Assembly (NCBI GenBank): GCA_965220745.1
Contig: CBDCQT010000007.1
Location: 224,001-288,000, forward strand
From: Alphaproteobacteria bacterium
Lineage (GTDB): Bacteria > Pseudomonadota > Alphaproteobacteria > UBA828
Direction of reading: 5' to 3'
DNA length: 64,000 nucleotides
The notes beneath the pieces are model-generated. The model saw nothing but the letters and a program-made list of their open reading frames with translations, did no database searches and was not told the DNA's origin. Below are positions 43,293-51,947 of this stretch, piece after piece. Numbering within the stretch: the first letter of the stretch is position 1; each line of letters begins with the position of its first letter. A program made the position numbers and the translations under genes.

Positions 43293-44876
43293 ATGGACGA
43301 TCACACCGTCGCGGTCGATGCGGCCCAGACGCCGACGGCGCTGACCTTCGCCGAGGTCTTCAATGTCGCGGTGCCGTTCATCGACCGGCACGTCGCGGAA
43401 GGTCGCGGCGCCAAGGTGGCGATCCGCGATGCGCAGGGCGACGTGACCTATGCCGAACTCGCCGCCGCTGTGAACCGCGCGGGCAACGCGCTTGCTGCAC
43501 TGGGTCTCGGCCCCGGCGACCGCGTGCTGATGGTGGTAAAGGACTGCCCCGCGTTCTTCTATCTGTTCTGGGGCGCGATCAAGGCGGGGTTTGTGCCGGT
43601 CCCGCTCAACACCCTGCTGCGCGCGCCCGACTACCGCTTCGTTATCGAGAACTCGCGCGCTGCCTGCATCGCCTGGTCGCCGGAGTTCGCCGGCGAGGTC
43701 GAGCCGGCGCTGGCCGAGGCCGCGCACCGGCCGGCGCACGCGCTGCCCACGGAAGGGGAGGGCGACAGCTTTGCGGACCGCCTCGCGGCAGCGTCGGATG
43801 CGTTGCCGCCGGCGCCGGCTGCCGCCGACGACCCGGCCTTCTGGCTCTACACGTCGGGATCGACCGGCACGCCCAAGGGCGGCGTGCACCGCCACCGCGA
43901 CATGGTGGTGACCAGCCAGCATTTCGGGGTCGACACGCTCGGCATCACGGCGGACGACAGCCACTTCTCCGCCGCCAAGCTGTTCTTTGCCTACGGGCTC
44001 GGCAACGCCATGACCTTTCCGCTCTGGACCGGCGGCACGGCGGTGCTCCTCGATGCCCGGCCGACGCCGGAGACCACGTTCGCCACCATCGAAACGTTCC
44101 GGCCGACGATCTACTACGGCGTGCCGACGCTTTATGCCGCGCAACTGCAAGCGCTGGAGAGCGCGTCGCCGGACCTCTCCGGTCTGCGCCTCTGCGTCTC
44201 GGCCGGCGAGCCGCTGCCGGCGGCGATCCTCGAGCGCTGGCGCGCCTCCACGGGGTTCGACATCGTGGATGGGATCGGCACGACCGAGATTCTGCACATC
44301 TTCATCTCCAACCGCCCCGGTGCGGTGGTGCCGGGAACGAGTGGGACGCCCGTGCCCGGCTATGAGGCGCGCCTCGTTGACGACGAGGGGCGCGACGTGG
44401 CGTTAGGCGAAACCGGCAACCTGCTAATTCGCGGGCGGTCCCTCATAGCCGAGTACTGGGGCGAACCCGAGCGCACGGCGGCGGCCTTCGAGGGCGAGTG
44501 GCTCAGGACCGGCGACACCTACAGCATCGACGAGAATGGCTGCTACGTCTGCTGCGGGCGCTCGGACGACATGCTCAAGGTCGGCGGTATCTGGGTCTCG
44601 CCGGTGGAGATCGAGGCCCGCCTGATCGCCCATCCGGCGGTGCTCGAAGCCGCCGTGGTGGGCCGCGCCGACGATGACGGGCTGATCAAGCCCGAAGCCT
44701 GGATCGTGCTCGCCGAGGAGCAGACGGCGGACGAGAATCTGAGCGAGGCGCTGGTGGCCCACTGCAAGGCGGGGCTCGCGCGCTACAAGTATCCGCGCTG
44801 GCTCCGCTACGTCGACGCGTTGCCCAAGACCGCGACCGGCAAGATCCAGCGCTACAAGCTGCGCGGCGGCGGTTAG
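43293..44876 (+). CDS. Benzoate-CoA ligase family protein
   Basis: WLYTSGSTGTPKG, SAAKLFFAYGLGN, DGIGTTEILHIF, PKTATGKIQR. Confidence 0.9.
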   Translation: MDDHTVAVDAAQTPTALTFAEVFNVAVPFIDRHVAEGRGAKVAIRDAQGDVTYAELAAAVNRAGNALAALGLGPGDRVLMVVKDCPAFFYLFWGAIKAGFVPVPLNTLLRAPDYRFVIENSRAACIAWSPEFAGEVEPALAEAAHRPAHALPTEGEGDSFADRLAAASDALPPAPAAADDPAFWLYTSGSTGTPKGGVHRHRDMVVTSQHFGVDTLGITADDSHFSAAKLFFAYGLGNAMTFPLWTGGTAVLLDARPTPETTFATIETFRPTIYYGVPTLYAAQLQALESASPDLSGLRLCVSAGEPLPAAILERWRASTGFDIVDGIGTTEILHIFISNRPGAVVPGTSGTPVPGYEARLVDDEGRDVALGETGNLLIRGRSLIAEYWGEPERTAAAFEGEWLRTGDTYSIDENGCYVCCGRSDDMLKVGGIWVSPVEIEARLIAHPAVLEAAVVGRADDDGLIKPEAWIVLAEEQTADENLSEALVAHCKAGLARYKYPRWLRYVDALPKTATGKIQRYKLRGGG

Positions 44877-44909
44877 CCCCCAACTTTCCGTTCCCGTCCT
44901 CCAGTGCCC

Positions 44910-44948
44910 AACCAAACGTTTGTTTTATTTCTGTCTCCCGGCTAGAAT
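44910..44948 (+). promoter_or_regulatory. Putative sigma70 promoter with palindromic operator overlapping the -35
   Basis: TTGTTT (44920-44925), 17 nt, TAGAAT (44943-44948). Perfect palindrome CAAACGTTTG at 44913-44922. Confidence 0.55.
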
Positions 44949-44988
44949 CGCGGGGACGGAACGCGGTTTGCGGCGGGGACGAGTTGTC

Positions 44989-46083
44989 ATGAACGAGATC
45001 AAGTTCGGAACGGTCATTTCGGCGGTCGGCGAGCCCGGCGCGTCTGATGCGGATCAGTACGTCGAAGCTCTGGTCGACGCGGACCATGTCGCGGGGCTCG
45101 GCTACGACGCGTTCTGGGTGATCGAGCACCACTTCTCGGATTACTTCCCGACGCCGAGCCCGCTGGTGCTGCTGTCCCACCTCGCCGGACGATATCCCGA
45201 CATGGACCTCGGCACCTGCGTCCTGGTGCTGCCCTGGTACAGCCCGCTCAGGCTCGCGGGCGAGATCGCCATGCTCAGCCAGTTGAGCCGAGGCACGCTG
45301 CATATCGGTTTCGGGCGCGGCCTTGCGCGGCTCGAATACGATGCTTTCGGCGTTTCCATGACCGAGACCCGCGCGCGCTTCCGTGAGTGCCGCGAGGTCA
45401 TCGGCAAAGCGCTCGCCGGCGGCTCATTCATCTATGGCGGCGAGTTCTTCGACATCGAGCGGCCGATCGAGCTCAGGCCCAAGTCCATGCAGGAGCGCAT
45501 CAACCTCTACGGCGCGACCAGCAGTCCCGAGAGCGCCGGCATCATGGCCGAGCTCGACCTGCCCATGATCCGGGTCTCGAACTTCCCGATGCACTTCCAC
45601 AGCAACGACTTCGCTCGCTGGGACGAGGAGACCCGCCAGCGCGGCGGCTCCACCGATGTCTCCCGGCCGATCCTGATCCACGCGGTGCTGGCGGACACCG
45701 ACGAGGAGGCGGACGCGCTCGCCAAGGAGCATCTCTCGCGCTACTTCGTGAAGGTGGTCGAGCACTACGAGGCCGACGCCGACCCGTGGAAGGAGCTGGA
45801 GGAGTTCAAGGCCTTCAGCAAGTTCATGGCCACCTCGAAGAAGCTGACCAATCCCGACAATCTGGGGCCGTGGCTCGACCTCCAGCTCGTCGGCCGGGCC
45901 GAGACCGTGTGTGAGCGGCTCCAGGCCTACGTCGACCTCGGCTTCGACCACTTCATCCTGCAAAACGTGACCTACGGCATGCCGCGCGCCTACCGCCACG
46001 AGATGTGGGAGCGCTTCGCCCGCGACGTGGTTCCCCACTTCGCGGCTCAGCCCGCGCCCATGCAGAGGGCAAGTACCGGGTAG
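44989..46083 (+). CDS. LLM-class (luciferase-like) flavin-dependent monooxygenase
   Basis: GYDAFWVIEHHF, PLRLAGEIAML, IGFGRG, LVGRAETV...FARDVVP. Confidence 0.9.
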   Translation: MNEIKFGTVISAVGEPGASDADQYVEALVDADHVAGLGYDAFWVIEHHFSDYFPTPSPLVLLSHLAGRYPDMDLGTCVLVLPWYSPLRLAGEIAMLSQLSRGTLHIGFGRGLARLEYDAFGVSMTETRARFRECREVIGKALAGGSFIYGGEFFDIERPIELRPKSMQERINLYGATSSPESAGIMAELDLPMIRVSNFPMHFHSNDFARWDEETRQRGGSTDVSRPILIHAVLADTDEEADALAKEHLSRYFVKVVEHYEADADPWKELEEFKAFSKFMATSKKLTNPDNLGPWLDLQLVGRAETVCERLQAYVDLGFDHFILQNVTYGMPRAYRHEMWERFARDVVPHFAAQPAPMQRASTG

Positions 46084-46096
46084 CGCCCGCCTCTTC

Positions 46097-46909
46097 TCAT
46101 ACCGGCCGGGCTTCCCGAAGCACGCCGCCGCGGCGCAGCACGCCGACATGGCGGGCGAGCCCGGTATCGTTGTCGGTCTCGACCAGGACAGCGCAGAGGG
46201 TGGCTTCGCCGTCGGCGGGCGCCGCGCGGGGGCCGGGGCGTTTCCGCGTGAAGCGAGCAAGCGGCGCGTCGATGGCGAGCCCAATGATCGATTCGTAGCT
46301 GCCGCACATGCCGACGTCCGAGATGTAAGCCGTCCCCTTGGGCAGGATGCGGTGATCGGCGGTCGGCACGTGGGTGTGGGTGCCTACCGCCAGCGACACC
46401 CGGCCGTCGGCGAGGTAGGCGAGCGCCTGCTTCTCGCTGGTCGCCTCACCGTGGACGTCGAGCACGATGGCGTCCACCGACTGCCCGAGGCGGTGCTCCT
46501 GCAGCGTCTCCTCGACGCAGGCGAAGGGCTCGCCGATGGGGTCCATGAAGAGCTGCGTGAGCACCTGGAAGACGAAGACGGCGCGGCCGTCGCGCGTGTG
46601 CAGCAACGCGCCGGCGCTCCCCGGCGTGCCCTTCGGGTAGTTGCGTGCGCGGACCAGTCGCCGGTCGGTCTCGATGTAGCTCTCGGTCCCGCGCTGGTCC
46701 CAGGCGTGGTTGCCGAGGGTGATCACGTCGGCGCCCACCTGATAGAGGGACTTGCAGATATCGGCAGTGATGCCGAAGCCGCCGGCGGCGTTCTCGCCGT
46801 TCACGATCACTAGGTCGAGAGCGAGCTCTTCGCGCAGGCCCGGCAGGTGTTCCGTCAGGATGTCGCGGCCGGGGCGGCCGACAACATCGCCGCAAAACAG
46901 GATGCGCAT
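46097..46909 (-). CDS. ymdB: YmdB/TIGR00282 family metallophosphoesterase
   Basis: GDVVGRPGR, NGENAAGG, TLGNH, DVHGEATSEK, VGTHTH, DVGMCG. Confidence 0.93.
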   Translation of the reverse strand: MRILFCGDVVGRPGRDILTEHLPGLREELALDLVIVNGENAAGGFGITADICKSLYQVGADVITLGNHAWDQRGTESYIETDRRLVRARNYPKGTPGSAGALLHTRDGRAVFVFQVLTQLFMDPIGEPFACVEETLQEHRLGQSVDAIVLDVHGEATSEKQALAYLADGRVSLAVGTHTHVPTADHRILPKGTAYISDVGMCGSYESIIGLAIDAPLARFTRKRPGPRAAPADGEATLCAVLVETDNDTGLARHVGVLRRGGVLREARPV

Positions 46910-46934
46910 CGTCCCGATCCCCTCGCGCCCGCGA

Positions 46935-47534
46935 TCAGGCCGCGCGCGGGGCGATCGGCATGGCGCCCCGCTCGGTCACGATCCAGTCCAGCGGCTCGTC
47001 GTGCTCGGTGCGGGGCAGGCCCTGCACGAGCTGCTCGGTATAGGCGAGGCCCACGGCAATGATGGGGCGCATCTGACGCAGCGCCCTCAGCGAGCGATCG
47101 TAGTAGCCACCGCCGTAGCCCAGGCGGTAGCCGTCCCGGTCGTAGGCGAGCAACGGCACCAGCAAGTGAGTCGGCTGGGCAGGCGCGGCGTCCTCCGTGG
47201 GCTCCGGGATGCGGAACGGCCCCCGCGAGAGCGCGGCGCCCGGTGTCCAGACGCGGAACCGGAGCGCCTCGCCCTTGCCGACCACAGCGGGCAGGCAGCA
47301 GACGAAGCCCGCGCCGACGAGCCGCGCCAACAGGGGCATGGCGTCGATCTCGTCCCGGATCGCCCAGTAGCCGGAGATCACCGCGCCCGCAGGCGTGGGA
47401 ACTGCGGCGAGATAGTGGTTGGCGGCCCGCACGCCTGCGCCCGGCCCCGCCGCCCGTCGCGCGGAGTGCCGCCGCGCCAGCGCATACTCGCGCAGCGCCT
47501 GCTTGCGGTCATGGATAGCAGCGCTCTGAGACAC
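46935..47534 (-). CDS. ygfA: 5-formyltetrahydrofolate cyclo-ligase
   Basis: VPLLAYD...RLGYGGGYYDR, HDEPLD. Lies downstream of 6S RNA. Start uncertain (GTG 47534 or TTG 47552). Confidence 0.93.
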   Translation of the reverse strand: MSQSAAIHDRKQALREYALARRHSARRAAGPGAGVRAANHYLAAVPTPAGAVISGYWAIRDEIDAMPLLARLVGAGFVCCLPAVVGKGEALRFRVWTPGAALSRGPFRIPEPTEDAAPAQPTHLLVPLLAYDRDGYRLGYGGGYYDRSLRALRQMRPIIAVGLAYTEQLVQGLPRTEHDEPLDWIVTERGAMPIAPRAA

Positions 47535-47558
47535 GGCCGGCCCCCGCGACAAGGAAAA

Positions 47559-47720
47559 GGACGGCCCCGCCTGAACCGTCGCACCCAGAGCTTCCTCCAG
47601 GCCGAAGAGACCAGGTGGGCGCCGTGTTGCCGAGACCGCGGCCCCAGCAGGGACAGCTCCCGAGAAGCGAAAATTGACCGCGGGAAACAGTCGGTGCGAC
47701 TAATCCGGCAGTAACCGTCC
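47559..47720 (-). ncRNA. ssrS: 6S RNA
   Basis: About 160 nt between zapA and ygfA, the conserved ssrS position. Ends pair (GGACGGT...GCCGTCC). Contains GGGAGCTGTCCCTG and CGCCCACCTG, which I recognise from alphaproteobacterial 6S RNAs. Confidence 0.88.
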
Positions 47721-47730
47721 GAAAGGAAAT

Positions 47731-48084
47731 CTAATCCTTCTCCAGACGGCCGGCAATGTTCTCGATCCGCTCGGCAAGCGCGTCCACGAGCGGCGCGAAC
47801 TTGGCCTCGAGCGCCGCCTCGGCATCCACGCGGGCCCTGCGCTCGGCGATCCTTGCCTGCGACTGCAGACGGTCGAGCTCGTCATAGGCGTCGGCCAATT
47901 CGTCGGCGACGACCAGGCTGGCCATGAGCAGGAGCCGAACCTCGCCGACCCGGCCCACAGTCTCCTCCAGCTCCTGCGCCCGCTTGTCGACGTAGGCCGC
48001 GAGCTTTGAGACATGATCTTCCTGGCCGTCGTCGCAGGAGACCGGGTAGCGCCGCCCGCCGATAGTGACCGCGACCTCGCCCAT
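47731..48084 (-). CDS. zapA: Cell division protein ZapA
   Basis: VTIGGRRYPVSCDDGQE, RLLLMASLVVADEL, coiled-coil tail. Confidence 0.95.
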   Translation of the reverse strand: MGEVAVTIGGRRYPVSCDDGQEDHVSKLAAYVDKRAQELEETVGRVGEVRLLLMASLVVADELADAYDELDRLQSQARIAERRARVDAEAALEAKFAPLVDALAERIENIAGRLEKD

Positions 48085-48092
48085 GGCCCGCC

Positions 48093-48404
48093 CTAGACTC
48101 CGAGGATCCCGCGGAGCGAGCCGATCGCGTCGTCGAGCCGCTCGGCCACCGCTTCGTTGGCCTGACGCGTGGTGGCCTGGCGTTCCGTGGCCTCCGTGAG
48201 CGCCCGCGTTAGCCGCGCCCGCTCCACTCTGAGAGACTCGAGATCGACGCGCAGCGAATCCCGCTCGCGCTCGACGGCGGCGAATTCGCTTGCTAACGCC
48301 GGCGCGTGCGCGCGCTGCGTCGCTAAATCGCCATTTGCGAGCGCCTGGTCCAGCCGCGCCACGGCCTGCTCGAGCCGGTCGCTCGCCTTCTTCAGCTCCG
48401 ACAT
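48093..48404 (-). CDS. Coiled-coil protein upstream of zapA (DUF4164/ZauP-like)
   Basis: MSELKKASDRLEQAVARLD...RLDDAIGSLRGIL with heptad pattern, immediately 5' of zapA. Confidence 0.75.
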   Translation of the reverse strand: MSELKKASDRLEQAVARLDQALANGDLATQRAHAPALASEFAAVERERDSLRVDLESLRVERARLTRALTEATERQATTRQANEAVAERLDDAIGSLRGILGV

Positions 48405-48465
48405 GAAAAATGCGCTGTTGTTCTTGTTGCGGGCTGCAAAAAACGATCCCCCACCCGCTGCCGAA

Positions 48466-48494
48466 ACACTAGAGCGCTCGCCTACGAGCGTCAA
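48466..48494 (-). promoter_or_regulatory. Putative sigma70 promoter of the ZauP-like/zapA operon
   Basis: Minus strand TTGACG (48494-48489), 17-nt spacer, TAGTGT (48471-48466). Confidence 0.6.
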
Positions 48495-48526
48495 CGCTTT
48501 GCGCGCAGAACCGGCGTTCGTGGGGC

Positions 48527-50011
48527 TCAGTTGAGGTAGCGCCGCTGCAGGTGGGCCTTGAAGACCTCGGTGCCGAGCGGTGCGCCGGTGGCGCGTTCGA
48601 ACAGCACCGGACCCTCGTAGCGGGAGGCGAGGCCGTGAACGTTGGCCCTGAGCCACCCGAACAGGGGCGAGAAATCGCCGCGCTCGATGGCGGGCCACAG
48701 CTCAGGCTCACTCCGTGCCGCGGCGTCGAAGAATTGCGCCGCCATCAACGCGCCGATGGTGTAGCTCGGGAAGTAGCCGAGTTCGCCGACGGACCAATGG
48801 ATGTCCTGCAGGCAACCCTGCGCGTCGTTTTTCGGCCTGATCCCGAGCAGGGCCTCGTGAATCTCGGCCCAGGCGCCGGGGATCTCGTCGCAGGCCAGAT
48901 CGTCCGCGATCAGGGCACGCTCCAACCGGTAGCGCAGCATGATATGGGCGGGGTACGTCACTTCGTCGGAGTCCACCCTGATGTAGCCAGGCTCCACGCG
49001 GATCGCCTGCCGATAGAGTGCCTCCTCGTTCGCCGAGGCTCCATCGCCGTCGAGATGTTCGTGGAGCAGCGGCGCGAGGAAGCGCATGAAGGGCCGGCTG
49101 CGGCAGGCCTGCATCTCGATCAGCAGCGACTGGCTCTCGTGCAGCGCCATGCCGCCCGCCTGGCCCACCGGCTGGTATCGCCACGCCTCCGGCAGGCCTG
49201 CTTCGTAGAGCGCGTGGCCGGTCTCGTGCAGCACCCCCATGAGGCCGGAAAGGACGTCCGCCTCGTCGTAGCGGGTGGTGATGCGGATATCTCCGGCGCT
49301 GCCACCACAGAAGGGGTGAAGGCTGACGTCGAGGCGCCCGTGGTCGAAGTCGAAGCCCAGTGCCGTCATCAGACGCCTGGCGAGGGCCTGCTGCGCGTCC
49401 ACGGGGCCGCTCACCCGCCGCGGAGCGCTCGCGCTCGCCTGCGCCTCCTGCACACGCCCGAGGAACTCGGGAAGGAAGCCCGCGAGGTCGTCGAAAAGCG
49501 GGTCGATGGTGGCGCAGCGCAGCCCCGGCTCGTAGGAATCCACCAGTCCGTCATAGGGCGCGCATCCGAGTATCTCGCCCAGCGCCGCCGCCTTCTCGCG
49601 AACGAGCCCGAGAAGCGGCGCGAAGGCCGCTGCAAAGGCGGCAAAGTCGCTCGCCGGCCGGGCCTCACGCCATACCATCTCGCAGTGTGACGAAGCCTCG
49701 CTCAACCCTTGCACCAGATCGGCCGATAGCGCCGCCGCCTGGCGCCAGCGCCGGCGCATCCGGGCGAGGTTGGCCCGCTGCCAGTCGTCGAGGGCTTCGT
49801 CGTTGGCCTCGGCCTCGTCCAGCAGGTCGGGAACGCGGGTATCCGTCAGCAACTCGTGGCGGATCAACGCGAGCTCGGCGAGCTGTGCCGCACGCGGCTC
49901 CGCGCCGCCCGGCGGCATCATCGTCGCCCAGTCCCAGTGCAGTATCCCGGCCGCACCGCCGAGCAGGCCGAGGCGGCGGAAGCGGGCCTCCAGCGCGGCG
50001 TAGGCGCTCAA
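48527..50011 (-). CDS. Carboxypeptidase M32 (Taq-type)
   Basis: LHWDWATMMP, HPFC, HETGH zinc motif, HESQS, IRVDSDE, GCLQDIHW, YFPSY. Confidence 0.95.
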   Translation of the reverse strand: MSAYAALEARFRRLGLLGGAAGILHWDWATMMPPGGAEPRAAQLAELALIRHELLTDTRVPDLLDEAEANDEALDDWQRANLARMRRRWRQAAALSADLVQGLSEASSHCEMVWREARPASDFAAFAAAFAPLLGLVREKAAALGEILGCAPYDGLVDSYEPGLRCATIDPLFDDLAGFLPEFLGRVQEAQASASAPRRVSGPVDAQQALARRLMTALGFDFDHGRLDVSLHPFCGGSAGDIRITTRYDEADVLSGLMGVLHETGHALYEAGLPEAWRYQPVGQAGGMALHESQSLLIEMQACRSRPFMRFLAPLLHEHLDGDGASANEEALYRQAIRVEPGYIRVDSDEVTYPAHIMLRYRLERALIADDLACDEIPGAWAEIHEALLGIRPKNDAQGCLQDIHWSVGELGYFPSYTIGALMAAQFFDAAARSEPELWPAIERGDFSPLFGWLRANVHGLASRYEGPVLFERATGAPLGTEVFKAHLQRRYLN

Positions 50012-50766
50012 GCCGCGTCCTCGTCTTCGTCCTCGTATTCGCGGGGGCCGCGCCGCATATAGATCGCGTAGATCACGGCGAGGCCGATCGCGAGCGCATA
50101 CCAGATCACGATGTACTGCATGTGCTCGCTGCGCAGCTCGACCTTGGTCTGCCCGCCGATGGGCAGGCCGCCCGGATTGGGGGCGGGGCCCGCGTCCACC
50201 AGATAGGACGGCGCGGGTATGCCCACCTCGGCCGCGAGCGCCTCCGTATCGGTCCAGAACCAGATGTTGTTCTCGGGCTCGTTGTCGGGCGTGAACCAGC
50301 CGGCCCGCCCACTCGGCACGACGACACCTTCGAGGCGAAACGTGTCCTCGATTTGGCCCTCGAGCCGGGTCTCGGGCTCCTTGTTGTCGAGCGGCACCCA
50401 GCCGCGGTTGACCAGCACCGCCGGGCCGTCCGCGCGCTCGAACGGGGTGATGATCTGGTAGCCCACCCGGCGGTCGAAGGTGCGCGCGGCGAGGAACATC
50501 TCCGCCTCGTGGCGAAATTGCCCCTCCAGCCAGACCCGGCGGTAGGCGTAGGGCGTTGGATCATCGAGCTCGGCGGGCAGCATTACCGCCTCGGCCTGAA
50601 ACTGAGCGCGGCGCTCCTCGTTGAGATCGGTCTTCCACATCAGGCGATGCACCTGCCATGAGCCGAGCGCGAGCAGGATGATGATGCCCGGGATTGCGAA
50701 CCAGGTGGCCCGCCTGCGGGCACGGTCAGATGGTGCCCGACGCCGGGCCCGGTCATCACTCACCAA
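50008..50766 (-). CDS. SURF1 family cytochrome oxidase biogenesis protein
   Basis: LGSWQVHRLMWK, VNRGWVP, HMQYIVIWY. Located in the cox operon. Confidence 0.92.
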   Translation of the reverse strand: MVSDDRARRRAPSDRARRRATWFAIPGIIILLALGSWQVHRLMWKTDLNEERRAQFQAEAVMLPAELDDPTPYAYRRVWLEGQFRHEAEMFLAARTFDRRVGYQIITPFERADGPAVLVNRGWVPLDNKEPETRLEGQIEDTFRLEGVVVPSGRAGWFTPDNEPENNIWFWTDTEALAAEVGIPAPSYLVDAGPAPNPGGLPIGGQTKVELRSEHMQYIVIWYALAIGLAVIYAIYMRRGPREYEDEDEDAA

Positions 50767-51133
50767 AGCCGGCCGCTCTGTGCCTGTACTGAAGCGCGAT
50801 CAGGAGCGCCTTGGCGGGCCGCAGCAATGCAAGGCTCAAGATGATGATCGCCGGCAGCCAGAGCACCGCATGGAGCCAGTAGGGCGGCGCGTGGGTGAAC
50901 TCCAGCCAGAACGCGAGCGCGACGACGATGCCGCCCACGATAAACATGACGAAGACGGCCGGCCCGTCGGCGCTGTCATGCTGCGAAAGCTCGAACTGGC
51001 ACGCGCCACAGCGCTCGGCGACCCGCAGGTAGCCTCTGAACAGCTTGCCGCGTCCGCACCGGGGGCAGCGGAAGAGCAGGCCGGCCTTCAGGACCGAGAC
51101 CGGCGGATAGTAGGTCCCATTCCCATCCGCCAT
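50756..51133 (-). CDS. DUF983 family protein
   Basis: RCPRCGRGKLF...CGAC, DGPA, two TM helices, LIALQY. Confidence 0.88.
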   Translation of the reverse strand: MADGNGTYYPPVSVLKAGLLFRCPRCGRGKLFRGYLRVAERCGACQFELSQHDSADGPAVFVMFIVGGIVVALAFWLEFTHAPPYWLHAVLWLPAIIILSLALLRPAKALLIALQYRHRAAGFGE

Positions 51134-51143
51134 GTCGTCTCGA

Positions 51144-51947
51144 TCAACCGCCCCACCAGTAGACCCAGATGAACAGGAACAGCCACACCACGTCGACGAA
51201 GTGCCAGTACCACGCCGCGGCCTCCAGCCCGATGTGCTGGTCCGGCTTGAACTGCTTCTTCAGCGCCCGGTAGAGGCAGACCGCGAGGAAGATGGCGCCG
51301 ACGGTGACGTGGAAGCCGTGGAAGCCCGTCGCCATGAAGAAGGTGGAGGGATAGATGCCATCGCGGAAGCCGAAGGCCGCGTGGGCGTATTCGTATCCCT
51401 GGACGCCGATGAAGGCGACGCCGAGCGCCACGGTGAGCGCGAGCCCGTAGACCAGCTGCTGCTGGTTGCCGTGGCGGAGCGCGTGATGCGCCCAGGTCAC
51501 GGTGGCGCCGGAGGTCAGCAGCAGCAGCGTGTTCACGAAGGGCAGCCGCCACGCTGGAATGACCTCGACTCCTGGCGGCGGCCACGTGTTGGCGATGACG
51601 TCGGGCGGCATGATCGAGGCGTTGAAGAACGCCCAGAAGAACGCCGCGAAGAACATCACCTCGGACGCGATGAAGAGCACCATGCCGAAGCGCAGGCCCC
51701 GTTGGACCACCTGCGTGTGCTCGTTCTCGACCAGCGCCTCGCGGATCACGTCGCGCCACCAGAAGTACATGGTGAACAGCACCACGATCCCGCCGATGGT
51801 CATCAGCCAGAGCTGGCCGGTGTGCATGAAGATGACCACGCCGCCGAGTCCCAGACCGCCGCCGCCCAAGGCGCCGATGACCGGCCACGGGCTCGGCTTC
51901 ACCATGTGGTACTCGTGGTTTGCGGTCCCGTGTGCGCTATCCGCCAT
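51144..51947 (-). CDS. ctaE: Cytochrome c oxidase subunit III
   Basis: HMVKPSPWP, LFIASEVMFF, ATGFHGFHV, WYWHFVDVVW. Confidence 0.96.
   Translation of the reverse strand: MADSAHGTANHEYHMVKPSPWPVIGALGGGGLGLGGVVIFMHTGQLWLMTIGGIVVLFTMYFWWRDVIREALVENEHTQVVQRGLRFGMVLFIASEVMFFAAFFWAFFNASIMPPDVIANTWPPPGVEVIPAWRLPFVNTLLLLTSGATVTWAHHALRHGNQQQLVYGLALTVALGVAFIGVQGYEYAHAAFGFRDGIYPSTFFMATGFHGFHVTVGAIFLAVCLYRALKKQFKPDQHIGLEAAAWYWHFVDVVWLFLFIWVYWWGG

Noticed and set aside
41523-44876. Apparent 924-aa and 879-aa overlapping ORFs suggesting a giant bidirectional overlap
   Set aside because: Family motifs begin only at ATG 43118 (GMC) and ATG 43293 (CoA ligase). The extensions are antisense read-through of the neighbouring gene.
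44949-44988. Possible guanidine-II riboswitch (two GGGGACGR segments) before the LLM gene
   Set aside because: The ACGR segments are not closed by complementary stems, so the twin-hairpin structure cannot form.
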